Shown: piece after piece, positions 8,944 through 18,850 of the stretch | How the letters are laid out: every line of letters begins with the position of its first letter | How positions within the stretch are numbered: the stretch's first letter is position 1 | Assembly: GCA_001464835.1 (NCBI GenBank) | Contig: LNDS01000028.1 | Span: forward strand, 127,252 to 191,251 | Source: Rhizobiales bacterium Ga0077525 | Lineage (GTDB): Bacteria; Pseudomonadota; Alphaproteobacteria; Rhizobiales; Xanthobacteraceae | DNA: 64,000 nucleotides | Direction: 5' to 3' | Notes under the pieces: model-generated | What the model was told of the DNA's origin: nothing | Seen by the model: only the letters and a program-made list of their open reading frames with translations | The model's database searches: none | Made by a program: the position numbers and the translations under genes

Positions 8944-10446
8944 TTAAATCGCCTCGGCCAGAAGCGACAATTGCCGCGGGCTGGCATCCTGGGCGCCGAG
9001 ATCGGTCAATGTCGTCGGATAGTCGCCGGTGAAACAATGATCGGTGAATTGCGGCCTTGCCGCATCGCGGCCGGGCAGGCCCATGGCGCGATAGATGCCA
9101 TCGACCGACAGGAAGGCGAGACTATCGGCGCCGATGAATTTGCGCATGCCTTCGAGGTCCATGGTCGCGGCGAGCAGCTTTTCGGCGTCCGGCGTGTCGA
9201 TGCCGTAGAAATCCGGATGCGTGATCGGCGGCGACGAAATGCGGAAATGGACTTCGGCGGCCCCCGCATCGCGCATCATCTGCACGATCTTGCGCGAGGT
9301 GGTGCCGCGTACGATGGAATCGTCGACCAGCACGATGCGCTTGCCGGAGACGACGGCGCGGTTGGCCGAATGCTTCAGGCGCACTCCCTGATCGCGAATG
9401 GTCTGCGTCGGCTGGATGAAGGTGCGGCCGACATAGTGATTGCGGATGATGCCGAGTTCATACGGAATGCCGGACGTCTGCGCATAACCGAGCGCGGCTG
9501 GCACGCCACTATCGGGCACCGGCACGACGACGTCGGCTTCGACCAAGGCCTCGCGCGCCAGTTCGGCGCCGAGGTTCTTGCGCACGTCATAGACGTTGCG
9601 GCCGCCGACGACGGAGTCAGGGCGCGCGAAATAGATATATTCGAAGATGCAGGGCCGCGCCGCGATCGGCGGGAACGGCTTGTGCGACTGCGCGCCGTCT
9701 TCGTCGAACACCACGACTTCGCCGTTCTCGACGTCGCGCACATAGGTCGCGCCGATGATGTCGAGCGCGCAGGTTTCCGAGGCGAGGATCGGGCAGCCGT
9801 CGAGTCTGCCGATGACCAGCGGGCGGATGCCGAGCGGATCGCGGGCGCCGACCAGCTTCTTGTTGGTGAGGCCGACGAAGGCATAAGCGCCTTCCAACTG
9901 GCGCAGGCCTTCGACAAATCGATCGACGAAACGGTTGCGCTTGGCGCGCGCCACCAGATGCAGGATCACCTCGGTGTCCGAGGTCGATTGCATCATGGCG
10001 CCTTCGTGGACCAGAGCCTTGCGTAGCGTGATGCCGTTGGTGAGGTTGCCGTTATGCGCGACGGCGAAGCCGCCGCCTTCGAGTTCGGCGAACAGCGGCT
10101 GCACATTGCGCAGAATGGTTTCGCCGGTGGTCGAATAGCGCACATGGCCGACGGCCGAATTGCCGGGCAGGCGGTCGATCACATCGCGCTTGGAAAAGGT
10201 GTCGCCGACGAGGCCGAGCCGGCGTTCGGAATGGAAGCGCTTGCCGTCGAAGGCGACGATGCCGCAGGCTTCCTGGCCGCGATGCTGAAGCGCGTGCAGG
10301 CCGAGCGCGGTGATCGCCGCGGCGTCGGGATGGCCGAAGATGCCGAACACGCCGCATTCCTCGCGGAGCCGGTCGGCGTGTAGGTCGAAGTCACCCTGAA
10401 CTTCTGGCTGGCCGGCGGTCGCGAGGTCTTGCGGGAGTTTGTGCAT
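8944..10446 (-). CDS. purF: Amidophosphoribosyltransferase
   Basis: EECGVFG catalytic Cys after a propeptide, LQHRGQE, GHVRYST, HNGNLTN, VLVDDSIVRGTT. Confidence 0.97.
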   Translation of the reverse strand: MHKLPQDLATAGQPEVQGDFDLHADRLREECGVFGIFGHPDAAAITALGLHALQHRGQEACGIVAFDGKRFHSERRLGLVGDTFSKRDVIDRLPGNSAVGHVRYSTTGETILRNVQPLFAELEGGGFAVAHNGNLTNGITLRKALVHEGAMMQSTSDTEVILHLVARAKRNRFVDRFVEGLRQLEGAYAFVGLTNKKLVGARDPLGIRPLVIGRLDGCPILASETCALDIIGATYVRDVENGEVVVFDEDGAQSHKPFPPIAARPCIFEYIYFARPDSVVGGRNVYDVRKNLGAELAREALVEADVVVPVPDSGVPAALGYAQTSGIPYELGIIRNHYVGRTFIQPTQTIRDQGVRLKHSANRAVVSGKRIVLVDDSIVRGTTSRKIVQMMRDAGAAEVHFRISSPPITHPDFYGIDTPDAEKLLAATMDLEGMRKFIGADSLAFLSVDGIYRAMGLPGRDAARPQFTDHCFTGDYPTTLTDLGAQDASPRQLSLLAEAI

Positions 10447-10448
10447 AC

Positions 10449-11069
10449 CTACCGGGTTCCCTGTGTCAGCTGCGCTTGCGTCACCGGCGATTGCAGGTCC
10501 GAGCGCCCGGCTGGTGCCGGCGCCGCAGCGGGCGGCGCATTCGGATCGTCCGGTGCCGGTTTCTTCAGCCGCTGTAAGATGGTGCTTTCGGGGTCGTCCG
10601 GCAACATGGACATCAACCATTGTCCCGTACTTTGCAACACCACTTTCGACTTTGCGCCGCGAACCCACTCAGGCTGGCTGCGTTCAGGTACCAGCCATGC
10701 AAAAAACAGGAAGGCGACGACGACGATGATGAGGCCGCGGCCGAGACCGAACAGGAACCCGAGCGTCCGGTCGAGCGCGCCGACCCGGCTGTCGAGGATC
10801 ATGTCGGAAATGCGCACGGTGACGATCGACACCAGAAGCAGCGTCAGAAGGAAGATCGAGCCGATGGTGACGCCGGTCGCCACCGTGGTGCTGGAGAAAT
10901 AGCCCTGCGCGATCGGCAGCGCCTTGGCGAAGGTATAGAGCGTCACCAGAGCGGCGACGCCCCAGGCGCCGATCGACAGGATTTCGCGCATGAAGCCGCG
11001 AATCATGGCGAGAAGGCCGGAGACCAGCATCACCACCAGCAGCAGGATATCGAGCAGCGTAATCGGCAT
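10449..11069 (-). CDS. cvpA: CvpA family protein
   Basis: RGFMREILS, DRTLGFLFGLGRG; directly upstream of purF. Confidence 0.9.
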   Translation of the reverse strand: MPITLLDILLLVVMLVSGLLAMIRGFMREILSIGAWGVAALVTLYTFAKALPIAQGYFSSTTVATGVTIGSIFLLTLLLVSIVTVRISDMILDSRVGALDRTLGFLFGLGRGLIIVVVAFLFFAWLVPERSQPEWVRGAKSKVVLQSTGQWLMSMLPDDPESTILQRLKKPAPDDPNAPPAAAPAPAGRSDLQSPVTQAQLTQGTR

Positions 11070-11333
11070 GCCTGGCTCTAAAGCGCTCCGCAGGTGAAAT
11101 GCTGGCGGGCGGCGCGCAGCACAGCGCCGGCGCGGCGAATCCGCGGCGGCTTTAACGGCATCCGGGCCGGGCGCCAAGGTGACCCTTAAGCGTTTGAAAA
11201 CAGGCCCGTGTGAGCGCGCCGCGCCGCCGGCCCGAGAATGGCTGGCGGCCCGTCGCGCGCCCCGTATATAGCGGGGCGTCACGGTGCCGTCACCCGTCTT
11301 TCGCGCGGTTTTCCGGATAGATCAGGCCGCCAA

Positions 11334-12743
11334 TCACGCCGCTTGGGCTGACGGTTTGGGCGATGCGGTTCGCGGTTTGCCCAGAGCGGCGATATCGGCG
11401 ACCAGGCTGGAAAGGCTGCCGACGTGGCTGGATTTCAGCCCGCCATCGTTCGCCTCGCCGCGCGCGGCTTCCGGCACGACGGCGCGGGTGAAGCCGAGCT
11501 TGGCGGCTTCCTTGAGGCGGCTCGGCGTATGCGACACCGGGCGGATCGCGCCGGACAAGGACACCTCGCCGAAATAGACCGCGTCGGCCGGCAGCGGCGA
11601 ATTGGCCAATGACGAGACCAAAGCCGCGGCGGCGGCGAGATCGGCCGCCGGCTCGTTGATGCGCATGCCGCCGGCAACGTTGAGATAGACGTCATAGCCG
11701 CCGAGCTTGACGCCGCAATGCGCCTCCAGCACGGCGAGCACCATGGCGAGGCGCGAGGTGTCCCAGCCGACCACGGCGCGGCGCGGCGTGCCGAGCGACG
11801 TCGGCGCGACCAAAGCCTGGATCTCGACGAGCAGCGGCCGCGTGCCTTCCATGCCGGCAAAGACGGCAGTGCCGGGCGAGCCGAGGTCGCGCTCGGACAG
11901 GAACAGTTCGGACGGGTTCGACACCTCGCGCAGGCCCGCGCCGGTCATCTCGAAGACGCCGATTTCGTCGGTCGGGCCGAAGCGGTTTTTCACCGCGCGC
12001 AGGATTCGGAACTGGTGCGAGCCTTCACCCTCAAAGGACAGCACGGCATCGACCATGTGTTCGACGACGCGCGGCCCGGCGATCTGGCCGTCCTTGGTGA
12101 CGTGGCCGACGAGGATGATCGCCGCGCCGGAACGCTTGGCAAAGCGGATCAGCAATTGCGCCGCGCCGCGCACTTGGCTGACGGTGCCGGGTGCTGAATC
12201 GACCGTATCGGTCCACATGGTCTGGATCGAATCGATGACGATGAGGCGCGGGATTTTCCCTTGCGTCAGCGTGGCGATGATGTCCTCGACGGCGGTCTCC
12301 GAGGCAAGCTCGACCGGCGCATCGGCGAGCCCCAGCCGCTCGGCGCGCAGCCGCACCTGGGCGACGGCTTCCTCGCCGGAGATATAGACGGCGCGCTCGC
12401 CGGCTCGCGCCAAAGCGGCGGTCGCCTGGATCAGCAAAGTCGATTTGCCGATGCCGGGATCGCCGGCCATCAGCAGCACCGAGCCGCGCACGAAGCCGCC
12501 GCCGGTGACGCGGTCCAGTTCCGCTATGCCCGAAGGCAGGCGCGGCGCGTCGTGCGCCTCGCCGGTCAGCGGCTGCAATTCGAACAGGCGGCCTTTCGGC
12601 GCTTTGCGGCCGGGTCCGGGCGGGCGCTCGGCGCCTTCCTCGACCATGGTGTTCCACTCGCCGCAGGCCTCGCATTTGCCCTGCCAGCGGTTGGCTCCGG
12701 CGCCGCAGTTCTGGCAGATGAAGGAAAGACCGCGCCGGGACAT
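11334..12743 (-). CDS. radA: DNA repair protein RadA/Sms
   Basis: C4 zinc finger (CQNCG...W.GKC..CG.WN), GDPGIGKST, KNRFG, Lon-like C-terminus. Confidence 0.97.
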   Translation of the reverse strand: MSRRGLSFICQNCGAGANRWQGKCEACGEWNTMVEEGAERPPGPGRKAPKGRLFELQPLTGEAHDAPRLPSGIAELDRVTGGGFVRGSVLLMAGDPGIGKSTLLIQATAALARAGERAVYISGEEAVAQVRLRAERLGLADAPVELASETAVEDIIATLTQGKIPRLIVIDSIQTMWTDTVDSAPGTVSQVRGAAQLLIRFAKRSGAAIILVGHVTKDGQIAGPRVVEHMVDAVLSFEGEGSHQFRILRAVKNRFGPTDEIGVFEMTGAGLREVSNPSELFLSERDLGSPGTAVFAGMEGTRPLLVEIQALVAPTSLGTPRRAVVGWDTSRLAMVLAVLEAHCGVKLGGYDVYLNVAGGMRINEPAADLAAAAALVSSLANSPLPADAVYFGEVSLSGAIRPVSHTPSRLKEAAKLGFTRAVVPEAARGEANDGGLKSSHVGSLSSLVADIAALGKPRTASPKPSAQAA

Positions 12744-12790
12744 GGTGGAATCGCCTCGTAATGGGTTTATGCAGCCTAAATGGACCATGA

Positions 12791-12805
12791 GAACATTACA
12801 AGAAC
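12791..12805 (-). promoter_or_regulatory. Alphaproteobacterial LexA (SOS) box upstream of radA
   Basis: GTTCTTGTAATGTTC on the minus strand = GTTC-N7-GTTC, 47 nt before the radA ATG. Confidence 0.8.
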
Positions 12806-12853
12806 ATTGTTTAAGAGAGCGTAACTTAGGCTGAAAGGCGGGAGCAAAACCCG

Positions 12854-12950
12854 CCTCATCCTGAGGAGCCCGGCGCAGCCGGGCGTCTCGAAGGATGGGG
12901 CGGCCTCGTCCTTCGAGACGCATCGCTTCGCGATGCTCCTCAGGATGAGG
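12854..12950. repeat. REP-like composite palindromic element
   Basis: 16-bp terminal IR CCTCATCCTGAGGAGC/GCTCCTCAGGATGAGG, inner IR GCGTCTCGAAGGA/TCCTTCGAGACGC. Confidence 0.8.
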
Positions 12951-12963
12951 CCGGGATGGTGCC

Positions 12964-14142
12964 TCACTCCACGCGGTAAACCCGGTGATAGCGGTGTCCC
13001 AAGGCGGTCAAGAGCTCGTAGGCAATGGTGCCGGCCGCCGTGGCGACTTCGTCGAGGCCGAGTTCGTCGCCGATCAGAGTGACGAACTCGCCGCGCTTGA
13101 GCGGCGGCGCGTCGGTGACGTCGATCGCCATCAGGTCCATCGACACCCGCCCGGCAATCGGGCAGCGCTTGCCGCCGGCGAGGGCAAAGCCGCCGGGCGT
13201 CTCGTCACTGGAGCCCGACGCGCGCAGATAGCCGTCGGCGTAGCCGACCGAGACGATGGCGATGCGGGCGGCGCGGCGCACCGTCCAGCCGGCGCTGTAG
13301 CCGACCGTGTCGCCCTTGTTGACATTGCGCACCTGGACGACGCGGGCTTTGAGGCCGATCACCGGCCGCATCGGATTGGGCCGGCCCGGCGTCGGGTTGG
13401 CGCCATAAAGCGCGACGCCGGGACGCACGACGTCGCAATGCGCGTTGTCGCTCAAGAAAATGCCGGACGAATTGGCGAGCGACGACGGAATGCCGCGATA
13501 GAGCATGCGCACTTCACGGAAAAGCCGGATCTGAAGATCGTTGAGCGGATGCGAGGTCGCCTCGGCGCAGGCGAGGTGGCTCATCAGCAGCGTGATGCCG
13601 TGGTTTTCCGAGCGGATGCGCGGCGCCAAAGCGGCCGCGTCGGTGGCGGAAATGCCGAGCCGGTTCATGCCGGTATCTACATGGAGCGCCGCGCCGCCGC
13701 GCCATTGCGTCGCGGCGACGAAGGCGTCCCATTCGGCCAGTTCGACCATGCTGCCGATCACCGGACGGGCGCGCAATTCGGCGTAAACCTGGGGCGTGCC
13801 GGGGATCAGGCCGTTGAGCACATAGATTGCCGCTTCGGGCGCAACCTCGCGGACGCGGCGCGCTTCCGACAAGTCAGCAACGAAGAAGGTCTTGCAGCCG
13901 GCGCGCGCCAAAGCGGTGGCGACCTGTTCGATGCCGCAGCCATAGGCATTGGCCTTGATGACGCCGGCGCATTCCGACGGCATGGCGCGGCGGCCGAGCG
14001 CGCGCCAGTTCGCCACCAGCGCGGCGAGATCGACGGTGAGGATGCCGCCGGCTTCCGACGCCGGCGGGCCGGACGTGGTTTCGCCGGCATTGTGGCCGGG
14101 CGCGGCATGGGTGTGGTCGGCGATGAAATCGAGGCTGGCCAT
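12964..14142 (-). CDS. alr: Alanine racemase
   Basis: VIKANAYG (PLP Lys), HVDTGMNRLG, SHLACA, RPGVALYG, GYADG, GRVSMD. Confidence 0.96.
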   Translation of the reverse strand: MASLDFIADHTHAAPGHNAGETTSGPPASEAGGILTVDLAALVANWRALGRRAMPSECAGVIKANAYGCGIEQVATALARAGCKTFFVADLSEARRVREVAPEAAIYVLNGLIPGTPQVYAELRARPVIGSMVELAEWDAFVAATQWRGGAALHVDTGMNRLGISATDAAALAPRIRSENHGITLLMSHLACAEATSHPLNDLQIRLFREVRMLYRGIPSSLANSSGIFLSDNAHCDVVRPGVALYGANPTPGRPNPMRPVIGLKARVVQVRNVNKGDTVGYSAGWTVRRAARIAIVSVGYADGYLRASGSSDETPGGFALAGGKRCPIAGRVSMDLMAIDVTDAPPLKRGEFVTLIGDELGLDEVATAAGTIAYELLTALGHRYHRVYRVE

Positions 14143-14182
14143 GATGGTCCAAGGTTTAGCCGGACAAGGGGCAGTCGTCCAA

Positions 14183-15832
14183 TCAGACGGGTGCCGCTTC
14201 CAGAGGCGCCCGGTTCCGGATCATGTCGGAGGCCTTGTCGGCGATCATCAAGGTCGAGGCGTTCAGGTTGGCGGAAATCATGCGCGGCATGATCGAGGCA
14301 TCGACCACGCGCAGGCCTTCCAGGCCATGGACGCGCAACTGGTCATCGACGACGGCGAGGGGATCGGTGGCCGGCCCCATGCGGCAGGTGCAGCCGGGGT
14401 GGAACGTGGTCTGCGCCCGCTGCGTTGCGGCGACGAGAAACTCGTCGTCAGTGCGCACATCGGGTCCGGGGAAATCCTCGTAGTCGTAATAGGGCGCCAG
14501 CGGCGCCGAGGAGAGCAGGCGGCGCGCCAGCTTCATGCCGGCAATGGTGACGCGGCGGTCGAGTTCGTCGCTGAGGTAATTGGTCTGGATCATCGGCGCG
14601 TCAAACGGATCGGCCGAGCGAAGGCGGACATGGCCGCGGCTCTCCGGCCGCTGCTGCCATGAGGCGACCGACATGCCGGGCTGGTTTTCCAGCTTGCCCT
14701 GTTCGCCCTCCATGTAGCTCGCCGGCGTGAAGGTGAGTTGCAGGTCGGAGCTTTCGGCGGTTTCGCCGGAATGCCAGAAGCAGTACACGAGCGTCGGTGA
14801 TAGCGAGAGAATGCCGCGCCGCGTCGTCGCCCATTTCAGCGCCTCATAGACGAGGTTCAATCCGCGCGCGCGTTCGTTGATGGTCTTGGTATTCTTGACG
14901 CGCGCCACCGAACGCGGCGCATAATGATCCTGCAAGCCTTCGCCGACGCCATTGAGGCCGTGGCGCACGTCGATGCCGTGCGACTGCAACAGGCTCGCCG
15001 GCCCGACGCCCGACAATTGCAGAAGCTGCGGCGAGTTATACGAGCCGCCGGAGAGGATGACTTCTTTTCGCGCGCGCACCTCGAAGGCTTCGCCGCCGCG
15101 CCCGCCGAGGCTGTAGCGAATGCCGACAGCGCGCTTGCCGTCGAACACGATTTCCGTCGCATGCGCCTGCGTCCGCACCGTGACATTGCCGCGCTTCATC
15201 GCCGGATGCAGGAACGCTGTGGCGGCGCTGATGCGGCGGCCTTTGTGAATGGTGCGCTGGGCGTAGGACACGCCTTCCTGGGTCGCGCCGTTGTAATCCT
15301 TGTTGCGCGGAATGCCGAGGCTCATGGCGCCTTCGATGAACGCCTCGCATAAAGGATCGCGCCAGTCGATGTCGGTGACGGTGAGATTGCCGTCGCGACC
15401 GCGATAGGTGTCTTCGCCGTCGCCGATGCGCCGCTCCAGCCGCTTGAAGTAGGGCAGCACGTCGGCGTACCCCCAAGAGCGATTGCCGATCTGCGCCCAG
15501 GTGTCGAAGTCCTGGCGCTGGCCGCGATTATAGATGTGGCCGTTGATCGAGCTTGAGCCGCCGAGCGTCTTGCCGCGCGGCGAGAAGACACGGCGCCCCG
15601 CGGTGTAGGGGCCGGGCTCCTGCGAGTAACACCAGTTGATGCGGGTGTTGTAGAACGTCTTGATGAAGCCGGCCGGCAGATGGATGTACGGATGCCAGTC
15701 GGCCGGACCCGCCTCCAGCACGCAGATGGTGACGCTTGGGTCTTCGCTCAGCCGGTTGGCGAGCACGCTGCCGGCGGAACCGGCGCCGACGATGACGTAG
15801 TCGAAGGTGTCCATTGATTGCGCGCCGGCCAT
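14183..15832 (-). CDS. GMC family flavin oxidoreductase (choline dehydrogenase-like; alternative start 15814)
   Basis: FDYVIVGAGSAG, RGKTLGGSSSING, SPQLLQLSGVG, FHP..TCRMG, LRVVDASIMP. Confidence 0.9.
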   Translation of the reverse strand: MAGAQSMDTFDYVIVGAGSAGSVLANRLSEDPSVTICVLEAGPADWHPYIHLPAGFIKTFYNTRINWCYSQEPGPYTAGRRVFSPRGKTLGGSSSINGHIYNRGQRQDFDTWAQIGNRSWGYADVLPYFKRLERRIGDGEDTYRGRDGNLTVTDIDWRDPLCEAFIEGAMSLGIPRNKDYNGATQEGVSYAQRTIHKGRRISAATAFLHPAMKRGNVTVRTQAHATEIVFDGKRAVGIRYSLGGRGGEAFEVRARKEVILSGGSYNSPQLLQLSGVGPASLLQSHGIDVRHGLNGVGEGLQDHYAPRSVARVKNTKTINERARGLNLVYEALKWATTRRGILSLSPTLVYCFWHSGETAESSDLQLTFTPASYMEGEQGKLENQPGMSVASWQQRPESRGHVRLRSADPFDAPMIQTNYLSDELDRRVTIAGMKLARRLLSSAPLAPYYDYEDFPGPDVRTDDEFLVAATQRAQTTFHPGCTCRMGPATDPLAVVDDQLRVHGLEGLRVVDASIMPRMISANLNASTLMIADKASDMIRNRAPLEAAPV

Positions 15833-15876
15833 TTTTCAAGACTATATCCGGGCGCGGGGGAAAGTGTGAGGAATTC

Positions 15877-17382
15877 CTAATCCCCCATCCGCTCCGGCAA
15901 ATGGTCGCTTTGCGCCAGCGACGAGAACTTGGTGGTGGCGCCTTCGAAGGCGAGTTGCACCGTGCCGGTGGGGCCGTGGCGCTGCTTGCCGATGATGACC
16001 TCGGCCTTGCCGTAATATTTGTCGCTGTCGGCCATCCAGGCGGCGAATTTCTCGCGGTCGCTCTCCGACGGCTTGCGCATCAGGTGGTAATACTCTTCGC
16101 GGTACACGAACATGACGACGTCGGCGTCCTGTTCGATCGAACCCGATTCACGCAAGTCGGACAGTTGCGGATGCTTGTCTTCGCGGCTTTCGACCTGACG
16201 CGACAATTGCGACAAGGCCATCACCGGCACTTGCAGTTCTTTCGCCAGGGCCTTGAGCCGCGTGGTGATCTCGGTGATTTCCTGCACGCGGTTTTCCTGG
16301 CCGCGCTTGCTCGAACCGGTGAGCAATTGAAGGTAGTCGACGACAATCAGGTCGAGGCCGCGCTGGCGCTTCAGACGGCGCGCGCGCGCGGCCAGTTGCG
16401 CGATCGACAGGCCGCCGGTTTCATCGACGTACAGTTTCAGGTTCTGCAAACGGATCGAGTAGTCCTTGATCTTCTCGAACTCGTCGGCGCTGATGCCGCC
16501 GCGGCGGATCTGGTTCGACGGAATGCCGGTCTGCTCGGCGATGATACGTGTCGCCAATTGCTCGGCCGACATTTCCAGTGAGAAGAAGCCGACGACGCCG
16601 CCATTGGTGGTCTCGGTATGGCCGTCGGCCTTGACGGTGCCTTGCCAGGCATTGGCGACGTTGAAGGCGATGTTGGTAGCGAGGGCCGTCTTGCCCATGC
16701 CGGGGCGGCCGGCCAGCACGATCAAATCGGACTTCTGCAAGCCGCCCATCATGCGGTCGAGATCGTCCAGCCCGGTGGCGATGCCGGAGAGCTTGCCGTC
16801 GCGCTGGTAGGCGTTGGCCGCCATGTCGATGGCGGTGGTCAGCGCCTGGCCGAAGCCCTGGAAGCCGCCGTCGTAACGGCCGGTCTCGGCCAGTTCGAAC
16901 AATTTGCGCTCGGCGTCCTCGATCTGCGCGCGCGGCGCGAAGTCGACCGGCGCGTCGAAGGCGACATTGACCATGTCCTCGCCGACCTTGATCAGGTCGC
17001 GGCGGATCGACAGGTCGTAGACGGTGTGGCCGTAATCCTCGGCATTGATGATGGTGGTCGCTTCGGCGGCGAGGCGCGCCAGATACTGGCTGAGCGTCAT
17101 GCCGCCGATGTCTATTGTTGCGTCCAGGAAGGTCTTGAGCGTCACCGGGGTGGCGATCTTGCCGGCGCGGACCAGGTCGCGGGCGATCTGGTAAACCTTC
17201 TGGTGGATCGGCTCGAAGAAATGTTCCGGGTTGAGGAAGTCGGAAACCCGGTAAAACGCTTCGTTGTTGACCAGGATCGCGCCCAGCAGCGCCTGTTCCG
17301 CCTCGATATTGTGCGGAGCGGTGCGGTAAAGCGGGCCGGGTTCTTCGACCGGCTTGCGGAGGGCTGATTCGAGTGGCGCCAT
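15877..17382 (-). CDS. dnaB: Replicative DNA helicase
   Basis: PHNIEAEQALLG, AGRPGMGKT, FSLEMS, VDYLQL, LSDLRESGSIEQDAD, KQRHG; no intein apparent. Confidence 0.97.
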   Translation of the reverse strand: MAPLESALRKPVEEPGPLYRTAPHNIEAEQALLGAILVNNEAFYRVSDFLNPEHFFEPIHQKVYQIARDLVRAGKIATPVTLKTFLDATIDIGGMTLSQYLARLAAEATTIINAEDYGHTVYDLSIRRDLIKVGEDMVNVAFDAPVDFAPRAQIEDAERKLFELAETGRYDGGFQGFGQALTTAIDMAANAYQRDGKLSGIATGLDDLDRMMGGLQKSDLIVLAGRPGMGKTALATNIAFNVANAWQGTVKADGHTETTNGGVVGFFSLEMSAEQLATRIIAEQTGIPSNQIRRGGISADEFEKIKDYSIRLQNLKLYVDETGGLSIAQLAARARRLKRQRGLDLIVVDYLQLLTGSSKRGQENRVQEITEITTRLKALAKELQVPVMALSQLSRQVESREDKHPQLSDLRESGSIEQDADVVMFVYREEYYHLMRKPSESDREKFAAWMADSDKYYGKAEVIIGKQRHGPTGTVQLAFEGATTKFSSLAQSDHLPERMGD

Positions 17383-17584
17383 AGAGGTCTGTGTTCCGGC
17401 AATTTGGCTTAAATTGGATTGGACCTTGGCTTAGCGACGCGAGAACGCCAAAGCGATACCGGATTCTTAATATCGCCGCTGTCCACAGCGATAACATGGA
17501 CAAAAATATCGTGCGCCGAATTGCATTGACGCAGGTGCGCCAAGCGCGCGCGAATGCGCTGCAGCATTCATTGATCTGATTGAC

Positions 17585-18850
17585 TTATTCGCCGGCCAAC
17601 CGCAACGGCGCGCGCCGCGCAGTCTCGGCTGCGCGCAGGCGCTGTTCTTCATGCATGATGTAGTCGCGCGTCATCGGCACCACATTCTGTTGTTTGGTCA
17701 ACTGAATCTGGAACACCATCAGATTCTGCTCGCGGAACGCCATTTCCGACGAGGCGAGGTAGAATTCCCACATCCGAACGAAGCGCCGGTCGTAGATGCG
17801 CTCGACTTCCTCGCGGTGCGCCAGGAAACGCTCGCGCCAGTGTTTCAGCGTTTCGGCGTAATGCAGCCGCAAAATCTCGATGTCGGTGGTCAGAAGTCCG
17901 GCTTTTTCCAGGCTCGGCAGCACTTCCGACAGCGACGGGATATAGCCGCCGGGGAAAATGTATTTCGAAATCCAGGGATTGGTCCGGCTCGGCCCTTCGG
18001 AACGGCCGATCGAGTGCAGCACCATGACGCCGTCATGGCTCAGCATCTGCGCGCACTTCTTGAAGTAGGTGTCATAGTGATTGACGCCGACATGCTCGAA
18101 CATGCCGACCGACACGATGCGGTCGAAACGATCCTCTATGTCTCGATAGTCCTGAAGCCGGAACCGCGCGCGCTGGCTTAATCCCCGTTCGGTGGCGCGC
18201 GCATTGGCGATGCCGTGCTGCTCCTGTGACAGGGTCACGCCGGTGACGTCGGCGCCGCCGAATTCGGCGAGGTAAAGACCGAGGCCGCCCCAGCCGCAAC
18301 CGATGTCGAGCAGGCGCAGGTCCTTGCGCGGCACATCAGGCGACAGCCGCAGCTTGGCGGCGAGATGCCGCTTCTTGGCCAGTTGCGCGTCGTCGAGCGA
18401 TTGGTTCGGCCGCTCGAAATAGGCGCAGCTATATTGCCGGTCGGCGTCGAGGAAGAGGGAATAGAGCCGGCCGTCGAGATCGTAATGATGCGCGACGTTG
18501 CGGCGCGAGCGGGCGCGCGGATTGAACTGCTCGAAGCGGCGGTACAGAAATCGCAGGAAGCCTTGCAGCCGCGCCCAGTGCGGCACGTCGGTGTTCTGCC
18601 CGAGCGCGATGGCCAGGACGTCGGCGATCGTGCCTTCTTCGACGACGAATGTGCCGTCCATATAGGCTTCGCCGAATTTAAGCTCTGGATCGAGGAGGAT
18701 GCCCCATTCGGCGGCGCGGGAGGCAAAGCGTACCGATACCGGCTGGCCGGTCCCATCGCCGAAAGTGAAAGTCGTTCCCCGCGAGGTGGTAACGCGGAAG
18801 GTGCCTCGCCGGATAAACGTCTTCAGTAACAGCCGAAGCAACCGATCCAT
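17585..18850 (-). CDS. cfa: Cyclopropane-fatty-acyl-phospholipid synthase family methyltransferase
   Basis: NVAHHYDL, YSCAYF, LDIGCGWGG, DRIVSVGMFEHVG, YIFPGGYIP, RMWEFYL. Confidence 0.9.
   Translation of the reverse strand: MDRLLRLLLKTFIRRGTFRVTTSRGTTFTFGDGTGQPVSVRFASRAAEWGILLDPELKFGEAYMDGTFVVEEGTIADVLAIALGQNTDVPHWARLQGFLRFLYRRFEQFNPRARSRRNVAHHYDLDGRLYSLFLDADRQYSCAYFERPNQSLDDAQLAKKRHLAAKLRLSPDVPRKDLRLLDIGCGWGGLGLYLAEFGGADVTGVTLSQEQHGIANARATERGLSQRARFRLQDYRDIEDRFDRIVSVGMFEHVGVNHYDTYFKKCAQMLSHDGVMVLHSIGRSEGPSRTNPWISKYIFPGGYIPSLSEVLPSLEKAGLLTTDIEILRLHYAETLKHWRERFLAHREEVERIYDRRFVRMWEFYLASSEMAFREQNLMVFQIQLTKQQNVVPMTRDYIMHEEQRLRAAETARRAPLRLAGE

Noticed and set aside
12744-12923. 60-aa N-terminal extension of RadA in the ORF track (to 12923)
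   Set aside because: It runs through the LexA box and a REP-like palindrome; the zinc finger begins right after ATG 12743, which has a GAGG RBS.
15877-17382. Possible intein in DnaB
   Set aside because: Length (501 aa) and contiguous motifs leave no room for one.
17478-17488. DnaA-box-like CTGTCCACA upstream of dnaB
   Set aside because: Single box with two mismatches to TTATCCACA; no cluster or other origin features.
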